Positions 1 to 11,265 of a stretch of 20,000 bases of DNA are shown in pieces. The translations under genes were made by a program, and so were the position numbers. Under the pieces are notes generated by a model. That model did not search any database, was not told the DNA's origin, and was given only the letters and a program-made list of their open reading frames with translations. Numbering within the stretch: the stretch's first letter is position 1; every line of letters starts with the position of its first letter. Source of the stretch: Chiloscyllium plagiosum (Eukaryota); assembly GCF_004010195.1 (NCBI RefSeq), contig NC_057719.1, positions 70,895,149-70,915,148 on the forward strand. Direction: 5' to 3'.

Positions 1-338
1 TTGAATACTTTTTTTTTCTTCTGGAAATGGTATTGACCTGAAATGGTTTAAACTGTAAAAGGGGAGGTTAAGGAAATATCCAATCCATGAGAAAGCCCCA
101 TCCATGTTTTGAGTGATGCCAATATTAAAACATCATTGAACTAGCGTAAATAAGAAAGGACTCTTCTGATACGTTCCGGAAATGAAAAATGTACTCCTAT
201 ATAATTACGTTGTGGAAATCATTTGGGACTCGGTGGGATTTTATTTGCGGAAGCAGCGTAAATAACGTTTCATTCTGAATAGCGAACTAATGTGCGTAAA
301 CCCTCGGCCTAGTGTTCCAAATTACAGACAGCATTGTT

Positions 339-363
339 GGGGGAGGGGGTGGGGGGTGAGGGG
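339..363 (+). other. G-quadruplex-forming motif
   Basis: GGGGG-A-GGGGG-T-GGGGGG-TGA-GGGG: four G-runs of at least 4 with 1-3 nt loops. Confidence 0.7.
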
Positions 364-1689
364 AGGACACAACACAACATCCAGTAGCTCGTAATCAACT
401 GGGTGTAAACTATACATTTGACGATAAAAAAAAGTACCTGGAAATAGATTCGTGTTGAGATCATTCACATTAACCAAATACTGAATTTAAATATCAAATT
501 CGAGTATTGCCAACAAACTGACGGGAGGTGATGGTTTTTATTGGAACAGAGCTCAACAAGCCGAGTTTCTCCAACAATTTCTGTTTTTGTGACAACAAGT
601 GATATGCTCAGTAAGAGGCTAAGACTGTAAAGACTGTAGGATAGGAAATAATTGTTGTTTTCTACCAAGCTTATTCCAAATTACTCATTCACCTTGGTTA
701 AAATCAACTACGGCTGAAATCCATTTTGATGTTTAAAATGCGTTAGTAGTGCTATAAAAACCCCCATTGTTGATAGCATTGCGTAAACATGTCAACCACA
801 CATTTAAAATGAGTCATTTATCAGGAATTGGTCACAAATTATACAAGGTTTAATTTGTATTGATTTGCGTGTTTATCTATTTGTGAAAACCTTTACGTAA
901 TTGCCTACATAGTCATTGGCTTGTGTTGATATTACCGTATTGTTTTGAAACAAACTTCTTATAATCTGCAAGAAATTGGCACATGTACAGCTGAAGTATT
1001 ATATCGATGGTAGATTGCCATCAGCCTTGGGAAAGATGACTGCGATAATACAAGTGAACGAAAGTGTTCAAATCTAAATGTATGATGTTGAAGCGTGAAA
1101 TTATAATTGTAATAATTTTATATGAACATTTTGCTATTTAAAAGAAGTGTCACTTAAAACATTCCTGGATTATCTATTTGCTTAGTCGGAAGGACAATGG
1201 AGTATTTCCACTTTAAACGAAGGTTTCTTGTATGCGGGTTGAAGATACAAGTTAGTGTTAACAGACGGTTCCAGGTTTCTATATTGTAGTTATTACTTTT
1301 CAGCAACAGGGAACCGACATCACTACTTAAGTTTCGTATCTTGAAATATCAGTTTTGATTAATTCATTGGTTTTAAAAGATTTGGAAATAGCTAATCTAC
1401 GTGCATTTTTTTCTTGAAAGCACTCAAATCACACTAATATTGCCCCGCCAAATATCGAACGGAGAAATTGTACGAGGTGTAGGCTTTAAGTAATTTAACA
1501 TCTGGCATAAACATGGACTTGATCAAAAACAGATTATTTTATTGAGTATTGATGACCTCTCTCAATGTACTGCCGTTTCTGTGATAACGATTAAATTTTA
1601 TGCTAAATTACTGTATTGTTTACGTACAGAATCAGACTTAAAGCAATGGTAAGAAACGTATGTATTTTGTGTGCGAGCCTGTCTCTAGT

Positions 1690-1948
1690 CCTGTGTGAAT
1701 CTGTCCCTGTGTGTATTTGCCCCACTGATATCTGCTCTTGTGTGCGGGTAACTGTCCATGTGTGTGTATCTGCCCTGTATATGTCTGTCATTGTGTAAGT
1801 ATTTGCCTTTATATGTCTGCTGCTGTGTGTAAGTTTGTGTGTGGTTGCACTTTCATGCATCCCCTGTGTGCCTGCCGTGTATATCTGTCCCTGTGTATAC
1901 ACATGCGTGTGTGTATCTGCCCCTATATGTGTTGATCTCCTGTGTGTC
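1690..1948. repeat. Degenerate TG-rich minisatellite, unit about (T)ATCTGYCCCTGTGTG
   Basis: ATCTGTCCCTGTGT at 1699-1712 and 1883-1896; GTGTGTGTATCTGCCC at 1760-1775 and 1907-1922; many degenerate copies in between. It explains the Cys/Val-rich and His/Thr-rich ORFs here. Confidence 0.85.
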
Positions 1949-3899
1949 ACTACAACCTGTAGAGTTGGAACTGGTTTGGGAAGCACTGTTTGAAAGTGCA
2001 GGTCTTTCCTTTCTTCTGACTCGCCGACCCAATAGGTTGAGCTAATGCTGAGGGCGTCGTGTGAATGAACTGGAAAACACTCGACAGGTCGTGAATAATC
2101 GTTTTAATGAGTGTGTAAAGCATGCGACGGGGTGCAGAGAGCTGTCGGGTTAAACAAACAACTTGTACCCTGATGTAATCCGATTGTTAAAGTGCAAAGT
2201 GGTGTCATTCCAGTTTTCCGTTCCGTTGGTTAAAACCACAGCTCCAACACGCGGGAGTCCAATTGTCCCAATTAAAGAAAAATAACAATATTTTCTTAAC
2301 TTGAGTGTGATCTTGTTTAATGTTAGTCTGTGGCTTAGCCAAGCATCAATTCAGACAAAAAGGTGATTTGTGAGCGTACTACAGTCTTTAATCAAAGCCC
2401 AAGTTGATGCATAACATGTTTGCCACCCGTAGAGGACAATAAATTGTTATTTTGTTCAATTGATCTCTGTAGTATATTTGATTCAGCAACGCGATGAATG
2501 AGGGCGATATAATATACACCCTCAGCATCGGGGAATTGCTTTGATTATAACATTTAACATTTTGTATGCAAACCAACAATATGGTGTGTGTGTATTTCAT
2601 ACGTACTCAAACTATAAAAAGCCCAGTTTTTGAAGCGGGTTGATAAACACTGACACACAAAAATGTTAAAACGTCCTTAAAATTCCACATAATCACGTGC
2701 TTCCCAAATGTTGGCCACGTGTGAAACTTGCACAAAATGGGGAGGATTTTATTCACATGTACAGTCCCAAGTGTACACTGTAGGTCTTTGGAACATTGAA
2801 ACAATGGGATCGAAATAAATACTTAGTTTCAATTAATTACGACGATGTATTACCCAAACATAAGTAACCGATTGTTGCATGGAAACAAATACCGTGGAAC
2901 CGCGTCGCTAACCGCCACGTGTTTATTGTGAACAGATTTGGAATCTACTGGGACATTTTAAATTTCCGATTGCGCCCATTTCTAGGTTCCACAAATTTTG
3001 TAACGCTCTGGCGCTGTTAGGAAATGGAATTCTAGTGCGGAGAAGTTGCGGTCTTCCTAAATAAACTCACAATTTGCTGGCAGATTAGTGTCAGAATAGA
3101 TTCGAGTTTTGCGCAAAGCTATTACTGATTAAAAACTGGAATCTGAAGAAAATTCAGTTTATGGCCCTTATATTTAAATATTGTATATTTTCATTACTAT
3201 TTTCAAACATTGTAACAATATCTTTCCTAAAAATATCTGTATGCCTTTATCCTTGTTATGTTCATTAATTGCTATTAATTGTATTTATTTTGACAGACAT
3301 AATTCAAAAACAACACCAATATAATATTGCCGAGTAAACGATTCAACCGGACAGACTTACAGTAATTACACAGTGGCGGAAAAATCAGACTAAGAAAATT
3401 GAAGTTTTACACAGTGTTGACAATAAGTGTTATACAATTGGTTCGTTCTCGTGTTTTCAAAGAAAGATCGGAGTAAACTAATATAATTATAAGTGTTGAT
3501 ATTCCAGAATTGTTTCAGTTCATATATCAGCCTTACAGGGAATTGTTATATACCTGCAGGAGCCAAATCGCCCTAATAATCTTTAAAATAAACCCCTAGA
3601 TTGCTTCTTATTCTGGCTGTTTGTTTGCTCTGCTTTGCTGTGTAAGTAAAATGCACTAACATATGTTTACGTCAATACAGCTGTGCTTTAAGAAACGTTT
3701 GTCTTGCTGAAGTGAAAACAGGTTCCAGAAACAAAAACATTTACAACGTCAGAAACAGGCGGTGACAATTCCAAACACGTCAACAGTAACCCGCGAGTTT
3801 CAGAGGCATGGGAAATATGGCAGTGTTCCTATCAGAGATCTATTTGTCCAACTGTCGTGTAGTTTTAAAAATCTGTGTCTAACAGAAAGTTTAGAATTT

Positions 3900-4600
3900 G
3901 GTCCAATGCCTGTTCACACTGTTATGGCAAGTGAGTGTTCAGATAAATGCTTGCTGTACAAATACAGCTCTCGTATTCCCATCATAGCGCCTCAAAGTCC
4001 CATTTTTCATGCAAATAATAAAATAATCACGTCTGGCTGTACGAGCAAAACGCAAAGATGACTGAGTTGTGTTCGGTGAGAGTGGCCCGAATTTTCAGGG
4101 AGCCCCGCTCAAGACGGAAGGCGGCAGGCAAGATCCGCGAGCCAGTGTGAAGGTTTTGTCTCCTCCGGTAGTCACACGGAAACGCATCTGTGAATCTGAT
4201 AACATCTTCCTAAAATCATCGTCCCTCCCTAGAATGGTACTGAATTCACCAGCACAAAGCAAGCAGTCCCACTGCTCACACACACGCACTCAGATGATAA
4301 GGCAGCTCTCGCTTGGAGAGTGACTCCACCGCGGAACCCGCTGTCTGACCAGGTGTCATAGAAAGCAATTTTAGACAGCGAGAAATATTGACCAAAGAAA
4401 AGGTGAATGTGATGAATGAAATTCTGGTCACAGAGCACGGAGACAGGCTATGGCATAAAGTGCTCTTTTGTACAAATGAAAACATAGTTCGGGCCGTTCC
4501 AGGTTATGGTGGGTAAATAGCAGAGTCTCTGCCGGAGTAGGAATTGCTATTGTTAAACACGCTAAAGCCATTCCGCGTAAAGTAAAGGGGAAAGGGCAAA
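3900..4600. promoter_or_regulatory. Candidate enhancer / conserved non-coding element (CpG-dense, GC-richer block)
   Basis: Local CpG peak. E-box+GATA pairs at 3928-3946, 4185-4202 and 4291-4300; octamer ATGCAAAT at 4009-4016; several GGAA cores; forkhead-type GTAAATA at 4513-4519. Motif-based inference only. Confidence 0.4.
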
Positions 4601-6829
4601 GGCATTCTTGAGATTAGATTTCTTTAAGTATTCCCTCTCGAAACAGTTCACTAGTTTTCCGAAAGTACTGTATTAAAAGAAAACATTCACAAAAGCAGAT
4701 CCTTAGCCATTGCGCATCGGTTACACCACAAGCAACGTTAAACACAGAAAACTTTTTTATAATAATAAAACTTTTTTCGAGTCTATGCTGGTGATCGATG
4801 CGTTGGTGCTTCCTACATTTTAGAGCTAATCGCACTATCATCAGCTGAGGATATGTTTGAACGTAAACCTCGAAAAATTGCACACTGACAAACCGAATTT
4901 TCTGAAATGTTGTGCAATCTAAAATCATCTGATTCGGCATCTGCATAAAATAAATATGTAATGTCAATGTTTATTTTGTTTTTTTTCTTGTAGTCAGGTT
5001 CTAGACGTTTATTATTATTTCCAGTTTTAATAATTACGCGTTTGAAAACTTCATGGCAGTCTCTTTCAAATTTTGTAAACGTTATTTAGTTATTGTGGAA
5101 GTCTGGTGACAGCTTTGTGTAACAGCTGAACTAACACATTTTACATCAACTGTATCTTGTTTGAGATTCAATAAAACAGCATATTTCTCGATAAAATATG
5201 CACTGCATCAGCTTGAAATTCGCTGACATTAATCTTGCATTGTTTCGACGTTTCGTCTGTTAGCTGCAGATTGCTTTTGCCGTTTCAATTAAAATAAGTG
5301 AAATGTAAAATAGAAATTAGCTGGAAATTCACTGAATATTATATGGAGATAGTATAACGTGACAATATTTCGACTATTATTGATATCACCAAAGTGTAAC
5401 GGCCGAAGTAGAAGTTGCTACGCAAATTTTTTTGTTGCCTTGTAACATTATAATTATTTAACTTCTCTTCAAGCGAGCACAACTTCAATTAAAATAAAGG
5501 TGGTTAGTGTACACTGTTAATTTTAGATTGTAATTTCCTCAGGTCTATTCTAGTTAAAAAAAAGACATTGCAAAATTTTTGGAGTTTATTTCACGTAATG
5601 TAATGCCGATACCTTTTGTTTTAATTTCTACAAAGTCATATGAATTGTTCCCACTTTTTCTCGATTCTTTTAATAACATTAGTTCGCATATATAATGAAA
5701 CGTCTTTGATATGAATTATGCCAAGGTATGCTTTTTGATCGCATGTTGTTGAGATTTTGCATTCCTCGCTAGCGACATCATCATTTCATCTCTCCATTGT
5801 TGTTAAGACTAAAAAAAAACGGTTGGGTTGAAGCTAAAATGTTTTAGTATATCTAGATTATCATAAATAAACTTAGCAACCAACTTAGTCTTTTCGACCA
5901 GAAATATCAGAATTTTAATAGTGGAGCACATTTCACTGAGCGTTCGGTTAGGGTTGTTTCAAACTTTTTGTTTTGAAATTAATTTTCACATCATAACTCT
6001 ATATTTATGAATAAATATAAAATTGTTGTATTTCGCTTGACTTGAGTTGAAGGACGCTTTCTAAAACCTCATCCGTTAACTTTGCCACTCATATCAAACA
6101 GCCAAATACATTATAAGGTATGTCACCATGGTTGAAAACATTTTCAGTCATCACACTGAATCAATAAACAATACTTTTCGTGATAGTTTTAACCTGATTC
6201 TTCAAACCGAAGAGTCAGAAGCATGCACGCATATATATTTTTGTGTTCCTCGTAGTGAACTTGTACATCCAGGTTTGAGAACCTAATAACATCCCCGCGC
6301 GTTTCAGCAGGACAGACAAGACCTGGAAAATCATCAGTGTTTTTGATTTCAATAAACTTAAACCCAACCTTTCCTAAGTACAGTCAATGCAAGTTTTACT
6401 TTCTGTAAATATTGATGTTTCCTTTTTTTTGGATCTCGAAATATCTTTGCTTTTCGTTATAATGATTTCTCTTTCAGAATAAACAGAACACACACTTACT
6501 ACCTGACGTTACTTCTTCACATTAAAGTAGATGAGTCAGGAACGATCTGATATGTCTCACGATTAGCTAAGTTATTAACAAGGAGCTGGATAAGCACAGC
6601 GTCGTTTCATGAAAATTATGTTAGTATATGACATATGTTTATTGTCTTTTATTTCCTTAGTTAATGTTTTGGATAACAAAATTAAATTTGACCGGCATAA
6701 TATGGCGCTTACCATTTGGAGATGGTTAGATTAAATGTATCAAAGCTAGATCCAACTAGTGCCTATGGAAAATATGATAGCTTTTCTTTCAGGTTTCCTT
6801 GATGAAATCAAATACACTTAAATTTGATC

Positions 6830-7110
6830 TAATTTAGCATTATACTGTGCAGAGTGTTGGGATGATTTACTTCTTTTACCTTTGAGTTCTAGGGTCTGAT
6901 AAAGGCTAGACAGATGGAATAAATCATCCCAACAATTTGATGCTTCTTAAGGGCTGTAACTGAAACAACTTTGTCCTGCATTAACCCAGTTTTCATTGGA
7001 TATGAGTCTACAGCACAAAACTGTCTGTAATTTGGCACCAATTGCAGCTGATTGGATAGTCCCACATTGATGACTTGATGTATAGTAAATGGAAATATCA
7101 GGGCAATGAT
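6830..7110 (+). mobile_element. Ancient LF-SINE-like relic
   Basis: Colinear similarity to the LF-SINE consensus as I recall it: CTTTTACCTTTG (about CTTTCACCTCT), CCCAGTTTTCATTGGATATGAGTCTACAGCACAAAAC (about CCAGTTCCTAGTGGACAGGTGTCCACATCACAAAAC), and AATTTGGCACCAATTG (about AATTGGCACTAATTGG). Confidence 0.65.
6855..6934. repeat. Perfect 15-bp inverted repeat forming an about 80-nt hairpin
   Basis: TGTTGGGATGATTTA (6855-6869) is the exact reverse complement of TAAATCATCCCAACA (6920-6934). Inner TTC/GAA and CCTTT/AAAGG pairings extend it. Confidence 0.9.
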
Positions 7111-7822
7111 CTTTTAGCTAGGGCAAGAAAAGCATGAAATAACACACCAAACACAAAACACAAAACAATACCTATTCCTGCAGCAAACTTAAGATATCCA
7201 CCAAGCTGTTTGGCATGTTTTGTGATTTAGAAAGTTCAGTAGTTTGAAGGTTAGTACACAAAGGGAAACAAGTAAACATCTGTGATATAAATATAAGGTA
7301 ATTACCAGATAAATTGACATTCTCTTATTTAATTTCCTTGTTTATTTTTAAGTGTGTTTAACTATTTATGTAAGAACATATTTGAAATAGTAAACATAAT
7401 TTGATTGCTTTTATTTGGGTGATAATAAATGCTGTTTTAAATTTGTTTATAAAATTAGAAGTACCTATTTTCTTTACACTGATAAGAATTGTTAACTAGA
7501 TTATTTCTAATGCATACCATATTAAAATAATTTGGAGACATACTCTTTCTTCTACTATTTAGCAGTTTGATATTTGATCTAAATAAAACACATTTCCTCA
7601 TTGCAAAAATGTGCAAAAATATAACTATCAAAATCATTTCATTGATTTTATTTTAAGAGCAAAGAATGTTTACCTCATTTATATAAAATATTTTTTGTTC
7701 AGTGCTGTACATCTAAGAACATAAAGCCAGGCAAACAATTATCAACTAAAATTAATTGAAATATCTGTTGACGATATGGTATAAAACTTGCATACTACTG
7801 TAGAGTCAGATGTACATGTAAG

Positions 7823-8075
7823 CATATGAACATAAAGGATGGGGAGAAAGGCTGGCCATTTAGTTTTACTTATGTTTAGTTTTATTTTGAACAAGTCATA
7901 TGTTTGGTTACTTTACTGAACTACTTGTTAGCTTGGTCACCAAGTGACCACTAATTCTTCAACAGAATTGCATATTATATAAAACTAATATCAGTTTGAA
8001 AAGCAACACTACATGCGTTAATTTAGGGTCTGGAGTCCCTCGTGTCTACTAATTACTTATGCAAGAATGTGCAGG
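7823..8075 (-). mobile_element. Very old CR1-like 3' end relic
   Basis: CATATGAACATAAAGG...GGCTGGCCATTTAG resembles reverse-oriented CR1 tails; highly decayed. Confidence 0.3.
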
Positions 8076-8750
8076 CATCATGAAGAATAGAGGACATTGA
8101 GCTAGTTAAAACCAACAATTACCTCATGCTTTAATTAACAAATTGATCCTTTTTCTTCTAGCACTATGCTTTTGCATACATATAGTAAAACAATACCCTG
8201 GCTCTGTATTTTCCAAAAATCACATATTCACTTTTTTTATGATTTGTGAATAAAGTGTGAGATCACACAATCTAAGCTTTTAATGTGATTTATTAACATT
8301 TAGCTAGAGTGTGATTAATTAAGAATGTGCACATTCAAGACTATGTATATGTATGAAATTGCTTCTACTATACAAACAAACTAAATGTGCTCATTCGGAC
8401 ATCACAATAATAAATATTTAAACTGACTAACTTTATTCCCATTTGTCCTATTATATTGTACATGCTATAGGTACTGCTGAGTAAACACAAATAAACTATT
8501 TACACTGATATTGAGAGAGATATTTGTAAATTAAGTATAATTATATTGATATACATGCATTAACAAATCAGGGAATGGTGACTTGTTTTTTTGTGTGGGC
8601 AAGGTTACACTATAGTTCTTCTTGATGATTTATAATGAGATGATACTGGCACAAATCAGTACAGAGAGTGCCCACTGAGGTTTGTTTTCGGCAAGCAGAA
8701 AGGATGCATTTTTCCAAAGTATTTCTCTGTTGTTTCCAGACATCACATGG

Positions 8751-8808
8751 CAAGAACTTATACTTATATGGTTTCTTTAACAAAATAAGATGCTTAAAAG
8801 TGCCTCAC
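8751..8808 (-). mobile_element. L2-type / DeuSINE-type 3' tail relic
   Basis: AAGAACTTATACTTATATGGTTTCTTTAAC...AAAGTGCCTCAC resembles the reverse-oriented L2-type tail (AACTTGCATTTATATAGCGCCTTTAAC...AAGGCGCTTCAC). Confidence 0.4.
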
Positions 8809-9630
8809 CAACCTAGCAAATACGAAAGCCAGACTATTTTTCCTTGGCTTTCTGAAAATTCATTCTCAACCAATCAGGGAATACAGTCTGGAGGTAATAT
8901 CTTTCATAAATTCCTCCCCCTTACTGGGAAGCCATTTGGTTGGGTCTTCAGTACAAAGTAGACACTTAGTAAGAATACATTCCTCTAGAACAATCCAGTT
9001 GCAACTAGAATGCATTAGCATCTGGAATAGAACTTTGGTTGCAATATTATTAATACCTTCTCATTTAAATCCATTGAGCCTTCAAGAACTGGGATGTTAT
9101 AAAATTAGTTCATGTTATTTCGGAAAGTTTCTAGAAGTTTAAAGCATTGTACCCGATTTATATTAAATGTCCAGTACAAATGAATTTACATTATATGTCA
9201 ATGTTTGAACAACTAAATTGTATTTATTCTGATGGCCATTAAACATTGAAATTGATTATCTGATGTATTTTCTTGTAACAAAAATAAATCATGTTTGAAT
9301 TAAATTTCTATGAGAATTTAATTTTGCAATAGAGTTTGGAATGTTTACATTTTTGGTAAAATTTTGTTAATAGCTTATTATCCTGAATTATTATTTGGGA
9401 TAATTATTATATGTGAAAAAATGTATCAACTAAAACTTCCCCTTTAGCACTTCATCACTGCTAAATAACAGTGAATGAGTACATATTTGTTTTCATCAAC
9501 ACTGTTAGCTTTATCTTTTACAAAAACATGTTTACATCTTATGCATCTATTCTGACAGATATTTTTGTTAAGCTGGTGGGGAGGGTGGTGTAGTGGCATT
9601 ATGATGATACTGTATTTGTTTATAAACAGT

Positions 9631-9893
9631 CAGATTAGATTCCATACAGTGTGGAAACAGGCCCTTCAGCCCAAACCGACCCTCCAGGACCCATTTCCCT
9701 CTGAATGATGTACCTAACACTATGGGCAATTTAGCATGGCCAATTCACCTGCACATCTTTGGACTGTGGGAGGAAACCCACACAGACACAGGGAGAATGT
9801 GCAAACTCCACACAGACAGTCACCCAAGGATGGAATTGAACCTGGGACCCTAGTGCTGTGAGGTAGCAGTGCTAACCATTGAGCCACTGTGTC
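9631..9893 (-). mobile_element. HE1-like tRNA-derived SINE (V-SINE core, CR1/HER1-type tail)
   Basis: The minus strand has A box TGGCTCAATGG, B box GGTTCAATTCC, core TGTGTGGAGTTTGCACATTCTCCC...CCCACAGTCCAAAGATGTGCAGG, and tail GGGCTGAAGGGCCTGTTTCCACACTGTATGGAATCTAATCTG. A degenerate 24-bp TSD lies at 9607-9630 and 9894-9917 (16/24 identical). Confidence 0.9.
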
Positions 9894-11265
9894 ATACTCT
9901 GATTGGTATCAAGCAGTACAACCATCAGAGACAGAAACATTCATTTTGACAGAAACTTTCTGAAGCTCATGTCCACTCTTATCAGGTATGGATGTGGTAG
10001 AAGTTCAGCATTTACAATCTGATAAATGGTTGCAATTACATTGACTTTAAAATATAATTGTTCGTCCCATATGCATTGCCCACTGTTTCAAAGAAAGAGA
10101 GTAGGAAGTTGAAGTTATTGGAAAACTTGTGTGTGGGATAACTTTCAATCTAGGAAGAACTGGAATTGGAATAGAATACTAAAGACAACGCTAACTATTA
10201 TATTTTAAGATTTCATGGATTGGTTACCTAACCGGACTTCAGTTATTTAATGGGTGCAACCATTTTAAAGTGCAATGCAATAATTGGTTGAATTTGCAGG
10301 CCTGCAGGTAAATATTCTTTTGGGGGACCTTTGCTGAATTAGACTTTAAATAAATATCAGAATGCACCAGTTGTTTATTAGAGTTAATGAGAAAGGTGTC
10401 ACACTTATAATTTTTTCCCACTGTTACAGATTTGGTGTGCCACCATATAGAGTTAATGTGTGATGCAAACTATGCAATCCTTTTAATTATATTGATAATC
10501 TGCAACACATTGCTTTCCAATATATTTTCTTTAACTCCCAGTAATTTCAGCTTTGCTCCAATTTGCAAAGCATTTAGAATTAATTACAATATTTTTGGAA
10601 GAATCCATATCTTTGAAATTTGGAAGATAAAAAATGCAAGAGAGCACGAGCAGTATTAAAACCAAGCCATGCATACCTACGTGCATCAGCACTTGAAAGC
10701 TAGCTACATACATGCTCATTCAATAAAATTATAAATGGCTCATGCTGTCCAGTACAATTCCTGTCATCAAAAATGTACTTGTAATGTCCTCTTGTTAAAA
10801 CAAAATAGTGGCACAGTCTGATATATTGTCAATTTTTTGTGATTAGGCATTGCTGGTCTGTAATGTTCTTTAATCATATGACAGTGGTGAGAGTATTATC
10901 AGTAATCATAAATAAAGTGGCATTCTCAGAGGGTGAAAAGATAGAGCAAATAGTGAATGAATGTTCGATGTTATGAATGAACAATGAATGTTATTGCTGG
11001 AAATATCAAGAATGCTGAATGCTAAAGTGCATTCTGTGGAAAACACTGAGCTCTGCAGCAGCCCAGTGCAATATTGGTTGAACAATTCAAGGTGGGACTT
11101 GCAATGCTGATGAAGTGGCAGAGTTAATGATTGAAATGCAGGAAGATATTTGAAGTAGCGAGCTGGGAAGAGGGAACATTGATTATAAATGAGCAAGTTG
11201 GTGAAGCAGCTGGGAAGTATGGCAGAGGAGAAAACAAGCAACGTAGCAAGTTGTAAGATGCAAGT

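Larger units (their letters stand above)
1..6710. promoter_or_regulatory. CpG-retaining, transposon-free domain (putative non-methylated regulatory region, open at the left edge)
   Basis: CpG is frequent throughout (about 27 in 4021-4620 by manual count). I see none between about 6710 and 7770. No SINE or LINE relic is recognisable before about 6830. Function is inferred. Confidence 0.6.

Noticed and set aside
1603..2045. Overlapping Cys/Val-rich and His/Thr-rich ORFs; possible CRISPR-like array
   Set aside because: These are translations of the TG minisatellite. There are no constant repeats with unique spacers, and the context is vertebrate.
4001..4016. Sox-Oct composite element
   Set aside because: The octamer is perfect, but the adjacent ATTTTTC lacks the TTGT Sox core.
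3762..4485. ORFs 3762-4061, 4069-4323 and the antisense ORFs as a coding exon
   Set aside because: The two plus-strand ORFs start at GTG. I recognise no domain and no convincing splice acceptor/donor pair. Higher local GC explains the open frames.
6465..6800. Splice-acceptor-like tracts (TTCTCTTTCAG near 6477, TTTTCTTTCAG near 6792)
   Set aside because: No paired donor or open reading frame, and such tracts are common in AT-rich DNA. A lncRNA exon cannot be excluded without RNA-seq.
7927..7954. Small hairpin TGGTCAC-CAA-GTGACCA
   Set aside because: A 7-bp stem is within chance expectation for 20 kb and has no supporting context.
9820..9893. tRNA genes at SINE heads (also 11595-11670, 12640-12703, 16862-16930)
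   Set aside because: A/B boxes are present, but there is no intact cloverleaf and each continues into a SINE body.
9940..9990. Second hammerhead-like motif on the minus strand (CCTGATAAGAGTGG...CTTCAGAAAG)
   Set aside because: The core is CUGAUAA rather than CUGANGA and there is no clean stem II; at most a decayed relic.
10870..11250. Purine-rich stretch / ORF 10906-11241 as an exon or named LINE
   Set aside because: Possibly an ancient L2-like relic, but I recognise no diagnostic motif; the ORF has no recognisable domain.
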